Source of the DNA: Treponema sp.
Lineage (GTDB): Bacteria > Spirochaetota > Spirochaetia > Treponematales > Treponemataceae
Reading direction: 5' to 3'
DNA: 51,243 nucleotides
Assembly (NCBI GenBank): GCA_017960765.1
Contig: JAGCYQ010000060.1
Span: forward strand, 1-51,243
Below the pieces are notes generated by a model, which worked only from the letters and a program-made list of their open reading frames with translations, did no database searches and had not been told where the DNA came from. A program made the translations under genes and the position numbers. Positions 19,531-29,707 of this stretch are shown here, in pieces; within the stretch, counting starts at the first letter, position 1; each line of letters starts with the position of its first letter.

Positions 19531-20517
19531 TCATAAAATACGGTAATCCGGGCCTTCCGGGGTTAAAAATATCCTTGTCCGGGAGTTTTCCATGGGTACG
19601 CTGTCACAAAAACGCTGTATTTCAAAGGCTGAATGTGAAAAAACGTCATCCGGGCTGTATGAGGTCTCAACAATGCATTCCTGACCGTCAGAAAGTGCCC
19701 TGCTCATGGCACCGTTAAGCCTTACGATGTCAGACACGGCAGCAAAAAGCTCCTTTTTCCTTTTTTCCTCGAATTTCTCCTGAAGGAACAGAAGCTGCAT
19801 CTTTTCTATCTCCTCGTGTCCCGTCTCATCCATGTTAAAGGAAGAATCCACCGAACAGTTGTTGCACCTCTGCCATTCTGCAAAATCAGCAAAAAAAGCG
19901 GAGGGGGAAATCTTCAGGGCCTTGAGAACGGAATTGAACCATGGTACCGCCCTACCCTCCGAGTAAAACACAGAGCACGCAAATGCAATATCCCTGGAAT
20001 GCTCAATGTCACGTGAAGAATACAACGCGGTTGAAGAAGGAAGTTTCCTGGGATTTTCCAGCTGCTCAAAGTCAATGTGGTTGGGGTAAAGTGACACGGC
20101 AAAATCAAGCCTGTCCCTGAACGACTTGTAAGTGTCAGCACTGCATGCCGCATAATCCATGTCAAAACCAAATACCAGCTCGGCATGGTTAAGTTTTTCT
20201 GCCTTTGAGGAGAACAGTTTCTTGTCAAACAGAAGCACAGATCCCTTTACATCCGGCTTCAGGGGAATCTCAAGCGAGCAATAGATATCCTGCAGAACCT
20301 GAATCAGATTATTGTCTATAACACGCGCCTCAACAGGAATCGATACAAAAAGCTCCGAGGCACGTTCTGCGATTGTCCTGCACAGCTTTATCAGTGCTTC
20401 CCTGTCTGATGCGATTTTCTTATCATGCACCACAAGCTCGGTAATACCGCGGGATGAAAATGAGTCAATCTGTTCTGTCAATTCTTCGCTTGAAAACTGA
20501 ATCTCGTTTCGTGACAT
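19531..20517 (-). CDS. Degenerate radical-SAM-fold protein lacking the CxxxCxxC motif
   Basis: VFGFDMDY, DTYKSFRDRLDFAVSLYPNHI and FYSEGRAVPWF resemble the C-terminal part of B12-binding radical SAM proteins (recalled similarity); no Cys triad. Confidence 0.6.
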   Translation of the reverse strand: MSRNEIQFSSEELTEQIDSFSSRGITELVVHDKKIASDREALIKLCRTIAERASELFVSIPVEARVIDNNLIQVLQDIYCSLEIPLKPDVKGSVLLFDKKLFSSKAEKLNHAELVFGFDMDYAACSADTYKSFRDRLDFAVSLYPNHIDFEQLENPRKLPSSTALYSSRDIEHSRDIAFACSVFYSEGRAVPWFNSVLKALKISPSAFFADFAEWQRCNNCSVDSSFNMDETGHEEIEKMQLLFLQEKFEEKRKKELFAAVSDIVRLNGAMSRALSDGQECIVETSYSPDDVFSHSAFEIQRFCDSVPMENSRTRIFLTPEGPDYRIL

Positions 20518-20550
20518 AATGGGTCCTGTTCTTGTCAGGGCCGTTTTGAA

Positions 20551-21585
20551 TTACAAAATCGGAACCCCAGCTGCCTCACATTCCTTGAGCATCTCATCCT
20601 GCCATGTGCTTACCTGGATTTCTCCGATGTGGCATTTCCTTAGGAAGTACATGCAGAGCCTTGACTGACCTATACCGCCGCCAACTGTCTGTGTAAGTGA
20701 GCCTGAAAGCAGTTTCTTGTGGAAGCTGAGGTTTGCTCTTTCCGGGCATCCCCTTTCCTCCAGCTGAAGCTTGAGTGTCTCCGGTGAAACACGTATTCCC
20801 ATTGAAGAAAGCTCCATTGCAATTCCAAGGACATTGTTCCATACCATAAGGTCGCCGTTAAGTCCGCGGTGTCCGTTTTCCTCTGTAATCCAGTCATCGT
20901 AATCAGGTGCACGTCCGTCATGTATTGAGCCGTCAGGAAGCTTTCCTCCGATACCGATGATGAAAACCGCTCCGTATTTCTTGCACACGAGAGTCTCCCT
21001 TTCCTTTGGTGTCTTGTCCGGGAATTCCTTCTGCAGGTCATCAGCATACAGGAATGTGATTTTCTCCGGCAGCTCCGGCTTGATGTTCTCGTAGCGGTCA
21101 TATACGTAGAATTCTGTGCGTTTAAGTGTGCGGTAGATTTTCTCTACAACGGACTTAAGGAACTCAATATTTCTGTCCTCAGGCCTCATAGCCATTTCCC
21201 AGTCCCACTGGTCAACATAAAGTGAGTGCAGGTTGTCCAGCTCCTCGTCAGCACGAATAGCATTCATGTCGGTATAGATTCCGAAACCAGGCTGAAGCTT
21301 CATCTCGGTGACCTTCATCCTCTTCCATTTTGCAAGTGAATGAACAATCTCCAGCTCGCATTCATTCATGTCCTTTACGGGGAAATGAACCGGGCGCTCG
21401 ACTCCGTTCAAGTCATCATTTATTCCCGTGCCTGCCTTTACGAACAAAGGTGCGGTAACACGGGTTAAGTTCAATTCAGTGGAAAGTGAAAGCTGAAAGA
21501 AATTCTTAATCATTACGATAGCGGCTTCTGTTTCCTTCACGTTCAAAAGCGGCTTATAGTTCTTTGGTATGTACAGCTGTGGCAT
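20551..21585 (-). CDS. asnA: Aspartate--ammonia ligase
   Basis: DDLNGVERPV, VHSLAKWKR, YVDQWDWE, HDGRAPDYDDW, ELSSMGIRV, GGGIGQSR; start moved to ATG 21585 (SD GGAG). Confidence 0.97.
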   Translation of the reverse strand: MPQLYIPKNYKPLLNVKETEAAIVMIKNFFQLSLSTELNLTRVTAPLFVKAGTGINDDLNGVERPVHFPVKDMNECELEIVHSLAKWKRMKVTEMKLQPGFGIYTDMNAIRADEELDNLHSLYVDQWDWEMAMRPEDRNIEFLKSVVEKIYRTLKRTEFYVYDRYENIKPELPEKITFLYADDLQKEFPDKTPKERETLVCKKYGAVFIIGIGGKLPDGSIHDGRAPDYDDWITEENGHRGLNGDLMVWNNVLGIAMELSSMGIRVSPETLKLQLEERGCPERANLSFHKKLLSGSLTQTVGGGIGQSRLCMYFLRKCHIGEIQVSTWQDEMLKECEAAGVPIL

Positions 21586-21601
21586 TTTATTCTCCTGTTT
21601 C

Positions 21602-23131
21602 CTATGCAAAGGTCTTTATAAATTTCATGAAGGCTTCTTTTCCTTCCGGTGTGCGCTTGAATACAGCAGAATTCTCCAGTATTTCAACAAACACCTTACC
21701 TACTTCCGTCTTAATCACAGAGTCGATGTTCTTTGCAGATATTTTTCCATACTGTGCGATTATCTTGTCTGCCCAGTCCGCATGTTTTGATATATTGCGG
21801 TCGTTCCTGTAATCGCGTCCCTGAATGATGGCATTGCCAAGATCGGACAGTTCCTTCTTTAAGTGTCCCGGAAGAACAGCAAGTCCCAGAACTTCAATTA
21901 TACCGATGTTTTCCTTTTTGATGTGACGGTGCTCCTCATGAGTATGGAAAAGCCCGAACGGATATTCAGCGGTAGTGATGTTGTTCCTCAGAACCAGGTC
22001 AATCTCATAGAAGCCATCACGCATTCTTGCAATAGGCGTGACGGTATTGTGAGGTTCCCCGTTTGTCTGTGAATAGATGTTTACTGCCGGGTCATTGTAA
22101 ATCCTCCAGTTGCGGAGAATCTTGTCTGACAGGGAAATAAGGCTCTCGGTGTTGTGTGTCCTGAGCCTGATTACAGAAACAGGCCACTTTACGATTCCTG
22201 CGCTTACATCCTCATATCCGTGAACAGTAAAACGTGTCTCAACAGGAGCAAGGGAAAGCGGGAAATTAAAGCGTCCGCCCTGATAGTGGCTGTGATTGAG
22301 TATTGATCCTCCCACGATAGGAAGGTCAGCGTTACCACCGATTGTATAATGCGGGAAGAGCCTGATGAACTCAAGAAGGTTTCCGAAAGTCTCGCGTGAA
22401 ATCTTCATCGGAACATGGTCATAGGAGAATACGACACAGTGCTCGTTGTAATATGCAAAGGGAGAATACTGGAAGCCCCATACTTTTCCTGAAAGCCTGA
22501 GGGGAATTATCCTTAAATTCTGTCCAGCCTGAAAATCGTCACGTCCTGCGTAACCGACGTTCTCCTTGCAAAGCACGCACTCCGGATAATGTGACACACC
22601 GGGTCTTGATGCCACAAGAACATCCTCAGACAGGTTGATTCCCGGGGTACCTTTGTCCGGCTTGGATAAGTTGATTGTGATAGCCATGTCACCGTATTCG
22701 GTTTTTGCAATCCAGCGTATGTCACGGTTTACCCTGTAGCGGCGGATATAATTTGAATCCTTTGTGAATTTATAGAACCAGTCGCTTGCCTCTTTTGGAG
22801 ATATATTATACAGCTCCATGAATTTCTGCTGAACGTACGACGGTCTAGGCAAAAGGCAGCCCATGATTTTCGTGTCATAAAGGTTACGGCTTTGAATGCC
22901 TGTATCCTGAAAAAGATTCTTAGCGGCAGCGTAATCAAGCATTTCATTAAGAATCTGCTCCAAATCCTGCTCAGGTGTCTGCGGAATCTGAGTTGCCAGA
23001 GTCTTGTCAAATCCATCAAGTGCAAAAAGCTCCAGCAAACGGTTCTGCGTATAGATCACGTCATCTTCTTCAATAAGACCCTGCCCCAAGGCATATCCAA
23101 CCAGGGCATTAATGTTTTTATAAATATCCAT
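21602..23131 (-). CDS. galT: Galactose-1-phosphate uridylyltransferase, type II (divergent)
   Basis: ITINLSKP, YPECVLCKENVGYAGR, QYSPFAYYNEH, NADLPIVGGSILNHSHYQGG, HIKKENIG. Confidence 0.88.
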   Translation of the reverse strand: MDIYKNINALVGYALGQGLIEEDDVIYTQNRLLELFALDGFDKTLATQIPQTPEQDLEQILNEMLDYAAAKNLFQDTGIQSRNLYDTKIMGCLLPRPSYVQQKFMELYNISPKEASDWFYKFTKDSNYIRRYRVNRDIRWIAKTEYGDMAITINLSKPDKGTPGINLSEDVLVASRPGVSHYPECVLCKENVGYAGRDDFQAGQNLRIIPLRLSGKVWGFQYSPFAYYNEHCVVFSYDHVPMKISRETFGNLLEFIRLFPHYTIGGNADLPIVGGSILNHSHYQGGRFNFPLSLAPVETRFTVHGYEDVSAGIVKWPVSVIRLRTHNTESLISLSDKILRNWRIYNDPAVNIYSQTNGEPHNTVTPIARMRDGFYEIDLVLRNNITTAEYPFGLFHTHEEHRHIKKENIGIIEVLGLAVLPGHLKKELSDLGNAIIQGRDYRNDRNISKHADWADKIIAQYGKISAKNIDSVIKTEVGKVFVEILENSAVFKRTPEGKEAFMKFIKTFA

Positions 23132-23138
23132 AAACTAT

Positions 23139-23167
23139 AATATAGAGAGAATTTAAGCGACTGTCAA
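23139..23167 (-). promoter_or_regulatory. Promoter of the galT-asnA operon, likely leaderless transcript
   Basis: TTGACA-17-TATATT, 7 nt from the ATG, no SD. Confidence 0.7.
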
Positions 23168-23199
23168 TTGTGGAAAGGATTAAAACCCATCACACGGAC

Positions 23200-24018
23200 T
23201 CAATTGTCCTTGAACGAGGATTTCTCCTTAGATGCGGCGAACATCGACTTTCCGGCGGTATTCTGGGCCTTGACTTCCTGAACCGTCTTGCTTGCCGGGC
23301 ACAGGGCTCCTGCTTTGTTCAGATGAACGGCACACTGATCGGCCTGCTTGTTTTCAAACAGATACTGAGAATAAAAGATTTCTGCAAAATACTTTTCAGC
23401 ATCGTTTCTTGCAACGCTCACGGCCCGTTCAAAATACTGACCTGCCTTCTTCTTGCTTCCACCGTTGATTCCGGGTGCCCAGTAATACCACTGTGCCGCA
23501 TTTGTAAGCCCGTATGAGAAGGTGGGGTCGTCCTTTATCACGCTGTCATAGCAGTCCTTTACCGTAAGACCGCATGAAAGCACGTCACCCACGGAAAAAG
23601 CCATAAAGCATGAAAGCACGTCCCCGTATGTGCACACAAGCCATTTGTTAGCCTGCTTCCTCGGGGATTTCTTGAAATATGCCTCCAGGGTTTCCTTCTG
23701 GGTTTTCATCATCTCGCGAAGGGTTTTACTTGAGGTCCCCATTTTTGAAAGGCAGTTGTATTTTTCCAGTAAGATGAAATTGTCAATTATAAGATTTTCT
23801 TCCTGATTGAAAGAAGCCTTTTGTCCGGCAAACTGTTTTTCAAATGACTCCACTTTTGCAAGTGCTTCCTGCTGTGTTGAGCATGCAGTGATGTCCATAC
23901 GGAGCTTCATGAATTCGTCAATCTTGTTTTGAGCGGCGCTGGAGATTGGGGCGGCAAAAAGACCGCTGGCAAAAAATACTCCCAAAAGGAGAATCAAATA
24001 TTTCTTTACTTTAATCAT
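23200..24018 (-). CDS. Exported alpha-helical TPR-like protein
   Basis: Signal peptide ...SGLFA; YYWAPGINGGSKKKAGQYFERA resembles TatT-like/TPR motifs. Confidence 0.7.
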   Translation of the reverse strand: MIKVKKYLILLLGVFFASGLFAAPISSAAQNKIDEFMKLRMDITACSTQQEALAKVESFEKQFAGQKASFNQEENLIIDNFILLEKYNCLSKMGTSSKTLREMMKTQKETLEAYFKKSPRKQANKWLVCTYGDVLSCFMAFSVGDVLSCGLTVKDCYDSVIKDDPTFSYGLTNAAQWYYWAPGINGGSKKKAGQYFERAVSVARNDAEKYFAEIFYSQYLFENKQADQCAVHLNKAGALCPASKTVQEVKAQNTAGKSMFAASKEKSSFKDN

Positions 24019-24163
24019 GAGCTAATAATATTGTTTATTTCCAAAAACATCAATACTCTATGATTCATAATCGGCAGTCAGCCATTCCCGTGCCTTACAA
24101 TCCCCGTATGGATTTTTTTTCAATCAAATGTTAAACTGAAGGACAACAAATTGAGAGGAAAGC

Positions 24164-24643
24164 ATGTTTGGATCTGGCAGAAGCATTGAAAAGGCACAGA
24201 AGGAATTTTACGAGGAATTTGAGAGGAAATACGGCCGGGCGGTTCAAAAGCTTGAATTTGCACAGCTCAGGGGAAGCAACAAGGCATTTTCCGACCTGAA
24301 TCTTGTTCCCTACATGGGCGAGCTTACTCTTTCGGGTGTGCTTGTTTTCTGCAGCGACTCGCTTTATTTCTATTCATTTCCCAAGGAAAGCTATATGGGC
24401 ATTGTAAAGAAGGACCTCTACGACAATCCTGACAATGTAAGCCAATGCATCTGCCTTTCAGAGCTGAGGAACATCAAGGCTGAATTCCCCAAGCAGGGCA
24501 GATTCTCATTCCTGTTTCCTGAAAAAAGCCGCAACATTTCATTTTCCGCACAGGGGCCTTCATCCACAATATACTTTACCCTTGCATTCCTGAAAAAAGC
24601 AGACATGATTTATCAGGAAATCACCGGGCTTCTTAAGGCATGA
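24164..24643 (+). CDS. Hypothetical protein
   Basis: 159-aa ORF with SD GAGG that fills the gap before argR. Confidence 0.75.
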   Translation: MFGSGRSIEKAQKEFYEEFERKYGRAVQKLEFAQLRGSNKAFSDLNLVPYMGELTLSGVLVFCSDSLYFYSFPKESYMGIVKKDLYDNPDNVSQCICLSELRNIKAEFPKQGRFSFLFPEKSRNISFSAQGPSSTIYFTLAFLKKADMIYQEITGLLKA

Positions 24644-24660
24644 GGACAGTAAAATAATTA

Positions 24661-24689
24661 TTGACTAAAACTGCATAAATATACATAAT
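24661..24689 (+). promoter_or_regulatory. argR promoter with an ARG box in the spacer
   Basis: TTGACT-17-CATAAT; ACTGCATAAATATACATA (24670-24687) matches the ARG box consensus TGMATwwwwATKCA with one mismatch. Confidence 0.75.
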
Positions 24690-24719
24690 CTAGCATAACT
24701 GAATTTTTCGAGGACTACC

Positions 24720-25193
24720 GTGAAAGAAAGGCTTACCCGTTTAAAGACTATACGCAAACTGATAAAGAATTACAGGATTGAAAGCCAGGAAGAACTGCTT
24801 AAATATCTGCTCAAAGAGGGATTTGAAGTAACCCAGGCCACTTTGTCCAGAGACTTGAAGCTCCTGAAGGTGGGAAAAATAAGCGACGGACATTCAGGCT
24901 ATGTCTATACGATTCAGGAAGAAGAAGAAAGGCAGGAAAGCGAGGAAATCTACAATCAGGATTTTTTACGCGGTTATGTAAGCATTGATTTCAGCGGCAA
25001 CATTGTCGTCATAAAAACATTCGGCGGTCATGCAGATGCGGTGTCCAATGCACTGGATGCCCTGAACATGGACGAGATCCTTGGAACAGTAGCCGGCGAC
25101 AACTGCATTTTCGCTTGCCTCAAGGAAGGCGTAAGGGGTGAAGATTTCATGAAGTCACTTAAAAAGCGTATCCCGGATCTGGAGGAAGAATAA
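24720..25193 (+). CDS. argR: Arginine repressor
   Basis: IESQEEL, VTQATLSRDL, VVIKT, ILGTVAGDN. Confidence 0.96.
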   Translation: MKERLTRLKTIRKLIKNYRIESQEELLKYLLKEGFEVTQATLSRDLKLLKVGKISDGHSGYVYTIQEEEERQESEEIYNQDFLRGYVSIDFSGNIVVIKTFGGHADAVSNALDALNMDEILGTVAGDNCIFACLKEGVRGEDFMKSLKKRIPDLEEE

Positions 25194-25233
25194 ATTCCTG
25201 CGTGACGAAATCCGGGAGGCAACAGGTACTTTA

Positions 25234-27720
25234 TCAACTTCCCAGGAACAGCTGTTTTTTAGAGAACAAAGCTGTATCAATATTCACCTGGATGTTCTCT
25301 CCATCCCAGATTACGTTTCCTGTATTGTACTCATAACGGATATCATGAATGCTCTGCAGGATGGACTTTCCCTTTCCCTGCATTGAGATAGTCAGAAGCT
25401 CGGCCTTTATCTCTATCGGGTTTTTCTTCATCCACTGTGTCTTGGACTCCTCATTCTGATCGAGTTCCTCAACCTTGCCAAGCCAGTCGACAATGGACGA
25501 TGCCGACTTCTCAAGAACCACAAGCACAACAGAACCGTTGCTGTCCTCAATAAAGAAACCCGGAAAATACGGAATGTCATCCACAATTTCCAAGCTTGCA
25601 GAGACACCATCCTCTCCGCCATCCTGAATGCACATGGAAGGTATTCCCGCCGCCTCATAGAATTCAGGATATGAGTCAAGCAGCGAAGAATCCAGCTGAC
25701 CGATAAACGTCTTTGAGGTAACTTCATCAAGCAGTTCCCTGTATTTCTTTACACGCAGGGAAACAAGGTCATCGATATTCTTGCACGACCATGCCATGTA
25801 GTTTGCCATGTCAACCAGAGATGTCTCTGTTGTAGCAAGAAGGTCACCGCCAAAAGAAGTAACCTGCTTGATCTTCGGGAAATTGATTTTGTTGAGCATC
25901 GTGACCCGTGTAAGAAGCTCGATAATCGAATAGCCCCATCTTGAGAAACCTGAAGACCTGCGAGCCTTGTTGATTTCCTTCTGGGCCTGCTTCAATTCCT
26001 TTATGTACTCCTCATTGGCCTGAATGACCTTCTCTATCTCTGCCCTGTCACGGACTGTATAGATCACATCCTTGCTAAGAAGCAATTCAGGAGAAATAGA
26101 TTTCCTCAGGGTCTGCTGGGTCAGCATGTTAAGATATTTGAATGTTGTAGGAGAATAATCCGTGTAATCCCTGGAGGATGCAAAAACCGTATATTCATTT
26201 AACTCTGTGAGCTGACTCAGGAATGACTGATCGCCGCCACCGACAAGCTCAATATGAAAATACGCATCCGTTGCCTCGCCGGAAATTGCAAACAGGGCAT
26301 GATTTTTCCCTGCGAACATATCGGTAATCAGGGACTTGAACTCAGGACTGTATCTGTCCAAACCAGAAAGATCACATTCAGCGGTAACGAAATAATTTCT
26401 CGGGTTACCGTCATAGCCTGGTTTGTCACGGGTTATGTATGTCCACTTCTCCACAAGGAAGAGAGTACAGTTGAACACCTCATCTGCACAGGAAATCTCC
26501 AGCTCGCATTTTCCAGTTGAATGAAGGTCAACGTTCTTTATCTCACAGATGACGTCCTCAAGGTTCTCGCCGTTTTTTGCAAGATAGCCGGTGTAATCCA
26601 GCAGTCTGCTTTCCGCAAGCTCTGATTTTGTCCCGTCAAGGAATGTCTGAGGATCAAGATGAATGTCTGCCCTGGTAAAAGCCCAGTCACTGTCGTTAAT
26701 CATCTTGTGGTAATAGCCGACCTCACCGTTCTCGTTGGTTCCGCCCACACGCAATTCCCTTGCACTGTTGCCCTGTCCGTTCTGTGCAATGGTAATCATC
26801 TTTGTGAGCCTGGCCTTGCCCTTGAGCTTGATGTCCGGCTGCTTTTTCCAATCCTCTGCAGGAAGGGCCCATGGAGCATAGTTAGAAAGATAACTGTTTC
26901 CCGCGTATTTCTAATCCAGCTTATCGTATGTATATTGAAAGAACATCCGGTCACAACCCATCGTGTCAAAGTCAATCAGGCGTGTATACATTGAGCCCTT
27001 ATTTCCGATGACAAAAAGAGTACTTGCCGATGCACTTATATTCTCGCAGATAAAACGTCCCTGTTCAGGAACTTGAATTGAATGGCTTAAATCCTGTGGC
27101 AGACCGCTGTCAGAAAAACGGATGGTTCTTCCGTCCTCGCCAAGGAAATAGAATGTCTCTATGCCCATCGTGCCCCAGTGATGAGGGTTTCCGTAAATGT
27201 CCTCGTGGTAAAGGACCTCAACACGACGTGCTCCCATTGACCATGCCCTTTTGCGCAAGGCTTCCTCAGTCTGCTGGAACTGACGGTCCTTGGGAAAGCC
27301 GTAACGCCTGTGCCATTTGAACGGTTTCTCAGGAGCGGTCTTTGCAAGATAGCAGTAATAAAGATATCCCTGGTCGTCAAAGGCATAAAGGGAATCTGCA
27401 TCCGCCGCGATTTCCCTGACCATCGAGGGACTGTCTTTTCCTACACGGGGCAAACCAGTCTTTAGGAACAGCTCCCAGTCCTTGCTTCCACGGGCTTTTG
27501 AATAAATCCTGCCGTTAATCAGCTCAAATTCATAATACTGGCAGTAAGACTGTGTCATCGTCCTCAATGTGACTTCATCAGGAAAAATAGGACTTACATC
27601 CTGTACCTCGTCGCATTCCGGAAGACGTATATAAGGATCACCAGTTTGAGTAGAACATGATAAAAAAACAAAAAGAAGCGGAAGGACAAAAAGCCCTATC
27701 CGCTGTTTAAACAGGCTCAT
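25234..27720 (-). pseudogene. 828-codon lipoprotein of unknown function interrupted by a single in-frame TAG (26911-26913)
   Basis: ORFs 26911..27720 and 25234..26799 are in the same frame. The sequence between them is open (DKLD*KYAGNSYLSNYAPWALPAEDWKKQPDIKLKGKARLTKMITI). Lipobox FLSC. Confidence 0.8.
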
Positions 27721-27728
27721 AGCTCAGT

Positions 27729-27986
27729 TTACCACTTTTTTCCCATGATCAGGCGGACTACCGCAATCACGATTACTGTGCCAAGTATTCCGAGCAGGAG
27801 GGAAACAACCCAGCCACCGCCTACTTTAAGGAAACTGCCGATTGCAGAACCTACCGCACCACCGATGATACCAAGAAGACAGTTCATCCAGAAACCGTGC
27901 TTGCTCTTCATCAGGATACCGGCCAGCCAGCCGATAAGTGCACCAACAAGAATTGAGATAAGAATGCTCCAAAGGACACTACTCAT
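27729..27986 (-). CDS. GlsB/YeaQ/YmgE (transglycosylase-associated) stress-response membrane protein
   Basis: 85 aa, three Gly-rich TMs (GALIGWLAG, LGIIGGAVG); SD AAGGAGG; extended -10 TGCTATAAT. Confidence 0.9.
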   Translation of the reverse strand: MSSVLWSILISILVGALIGWLAGILMKSKHGFWMNCLLGIIGGAVGSAIGSFLKVGGGWVVSLLLGILGTVIVIAVVRLIMGKKW

Positions 27987-28117
27987 AAAAATCCTCCTTA
28001 AAAAGTTTGAATATATTATAGCATATTTTCAATAATTCTGATACACTAAATTATAAAAAAATCAGGGAATTCATCAAAAAGAATAACCTGAACATTCAGT
28101 TATATAAAGAGGCGTTT

Positions 28118-29707
28118 ATGGCTACAATTACCTGGAAAAACTTGAACACACTCAGCAGTTTCAAAGAGTTGAAAGAGTTAAAAGATTCAGTTTCACTTGC
28201 AAAGGCACTTTCGGGACAGGCAGGTGTAAAGCGTGTGGAAGAATTTTCAATTCCTATGAGCAGTTCTCTCACCTACAATTATGCTGCAAAAAAAATCAAC
28301 AGGCAGATAATTGCTGTATTCAAGAAAATCACAAAGGAAGCTCAGCTGCTGGAAAAATTCCAGGCTCTGTACAACGGAGAAGTCATCAACACTGGCGAAA
28401 AACGCATGGTACTTCATCACCTGGCCCGCGGACAGCTTGGAAACAATGTCATGGCGGACGGAAAGAACAAGCGTGATTTCTATGTCGAGCAGCAGAAGGC
28501 AATCGCGGCATTTGCAGACAAGGTTCATTCAGGAAGAATCACCAATGAGAACGGACAGAAATATACCACCGTATGTCAGATCGGTATCGGCGGCTCAGAC
28601 CTTGGACCACGTGCAATGTACCTGGCTCTTGAGAACTGGGCAAAGGCAAACGGCAAATTCAAGATGGACGCACACTTCATCTCAAACGTAGACCCGGACG
28701 ATGCCGCAAGCGTACTTGCTTCAATTGACATCTCAAAGACAATCTTTATCCTTGTGTCAAAAAGCGGAACCACACTTGAAACACTTACAAACGAGTCTTT
28801 TGTAAAAGCCGCCATAAAGAAAGCAGGCCTTGACGTTTCAAAGCACATGATTGCAGTTACAAGCGAGACATCACCTCTTGCAAAGAACCCTGATTACATG
28901 GCAGCATTCTTCATGGATGACTACATTGGAGGACGCTACTCCTCAACATCAGCAGTTGGCGGAGCAATCCTTTCACTTGCATTTGGTCCTGATGTATTTG
29001 CATCTTTCCTTAAGGGTGCCGCAGAGGAAGACAAGCTTGCAACAGAAAAAGACATAAACAAGAACCCTGCCCTCATGGATGCATTGATCGGCGTATATGA
29101 GCGCAACATCCTTGGACTTCCATCAACAGCAGTACTTCCATATTCACAGGCACTCAGCCGTTTCCCAGCACATCTTCAGCAGCTGGACATGGAATCAAAC
29201 GGAAAGAGCGTTAACCGCTTCGGAAAAAAGATTTCCTATGTCACAGGCCCTGTAATCTTTGGTGAGCCAGGAACAAACGGACAGCATTCATTCTACCAGC
29301 TCCTGCATCAGGGAACAAACATCATTCCGCTTCAGTTCATCGCATTCCAGAAGAACCAGTGCGGAAAGGACATTACAATCCAGGGAAGCACAAGCCAGAA
29401 AAAACTTGCCGCAAACGTAACCGCACAGATCATTGCCTTTGCATGCGGAAAGGATGACTCAAACCCGAACAAGTTCTTTGCAGGTGAGCGTCCATCAAGC
29501 CTGATCTACGGAAAGGAAGTCAATCCACAGTCACTCGGAGCACTTCTTGCACATTACGAGAACAAGGTTATGTTCCAGGGATTCCTGTGGAATGTAAACA
29601 GCTTTGACCAGGAAGGCGTTCAGCTTGGAAAGGTCCTTGCCAAGACAGTTCTTTCAGGAGAGATGAAGGGCGCACTTGAGGCCTATGCTTCTTTGCTGAT
29701 TAAATAA
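28118..29707 (+). CDS. pgi: Glucose-6-phosphate isomerase
   Basis: IGIGGSDLGP, SKSGTTLET, IGGRYS, QQLDMESNGK, GTNGQHSFYQLLHQG, FDQEGVQLGK. Confidence 0.98.
   Translation: MATITWKNLNTLSSFKELKELKDSVSLAKALSGQAGVKRVEEFSIPMSSSLTYNYAAKKINRQIIAVFKKITKEAQLLEKFQALYNGEVINTGEKRMVLHHLARGQLGNNVMADGKNKRDFYVEQQKAIAAFADKVHSGRITNENGQKYTTVCQIGIGGSDLGPRAMYLALENWAKANGKFKMDAHFISNVDPDDAASVLASIDISKTIFILVSKSGTTLETLTNESFVKAAIKKAGLDVSKHMIAVTSETSPLAKNPDYMAAFFMDDYIGGRYSSTSAVGGAILSLAFGPDVFASFLKGAAEEDKLATEKDINKNPALMDALIGVYERNILGLPSTAVLPYSQALSRFPAHLQQLDMESNGKSVNRFGKKISYVTGPVIFGEPGTNGQHSFYQLLHQGTNIIPLQFIAFQKNQCGKDITIQGSTSQKKLAANVTAQIIAFACGKDDSNPNKFFAGERPSSLIYGKEVNPQSLGALLAHYENKVMFQGFLWNVNSFDQEGVQLGKVLAKTVLSGEMKGALEAYASLLIK

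Noticed and set aside
26911-26913. Pyrrolysine or genome-wide TAG recoding
   Set aside because: TAG serves as the normal stop of htrA and galT, and no pyl genes are in the window
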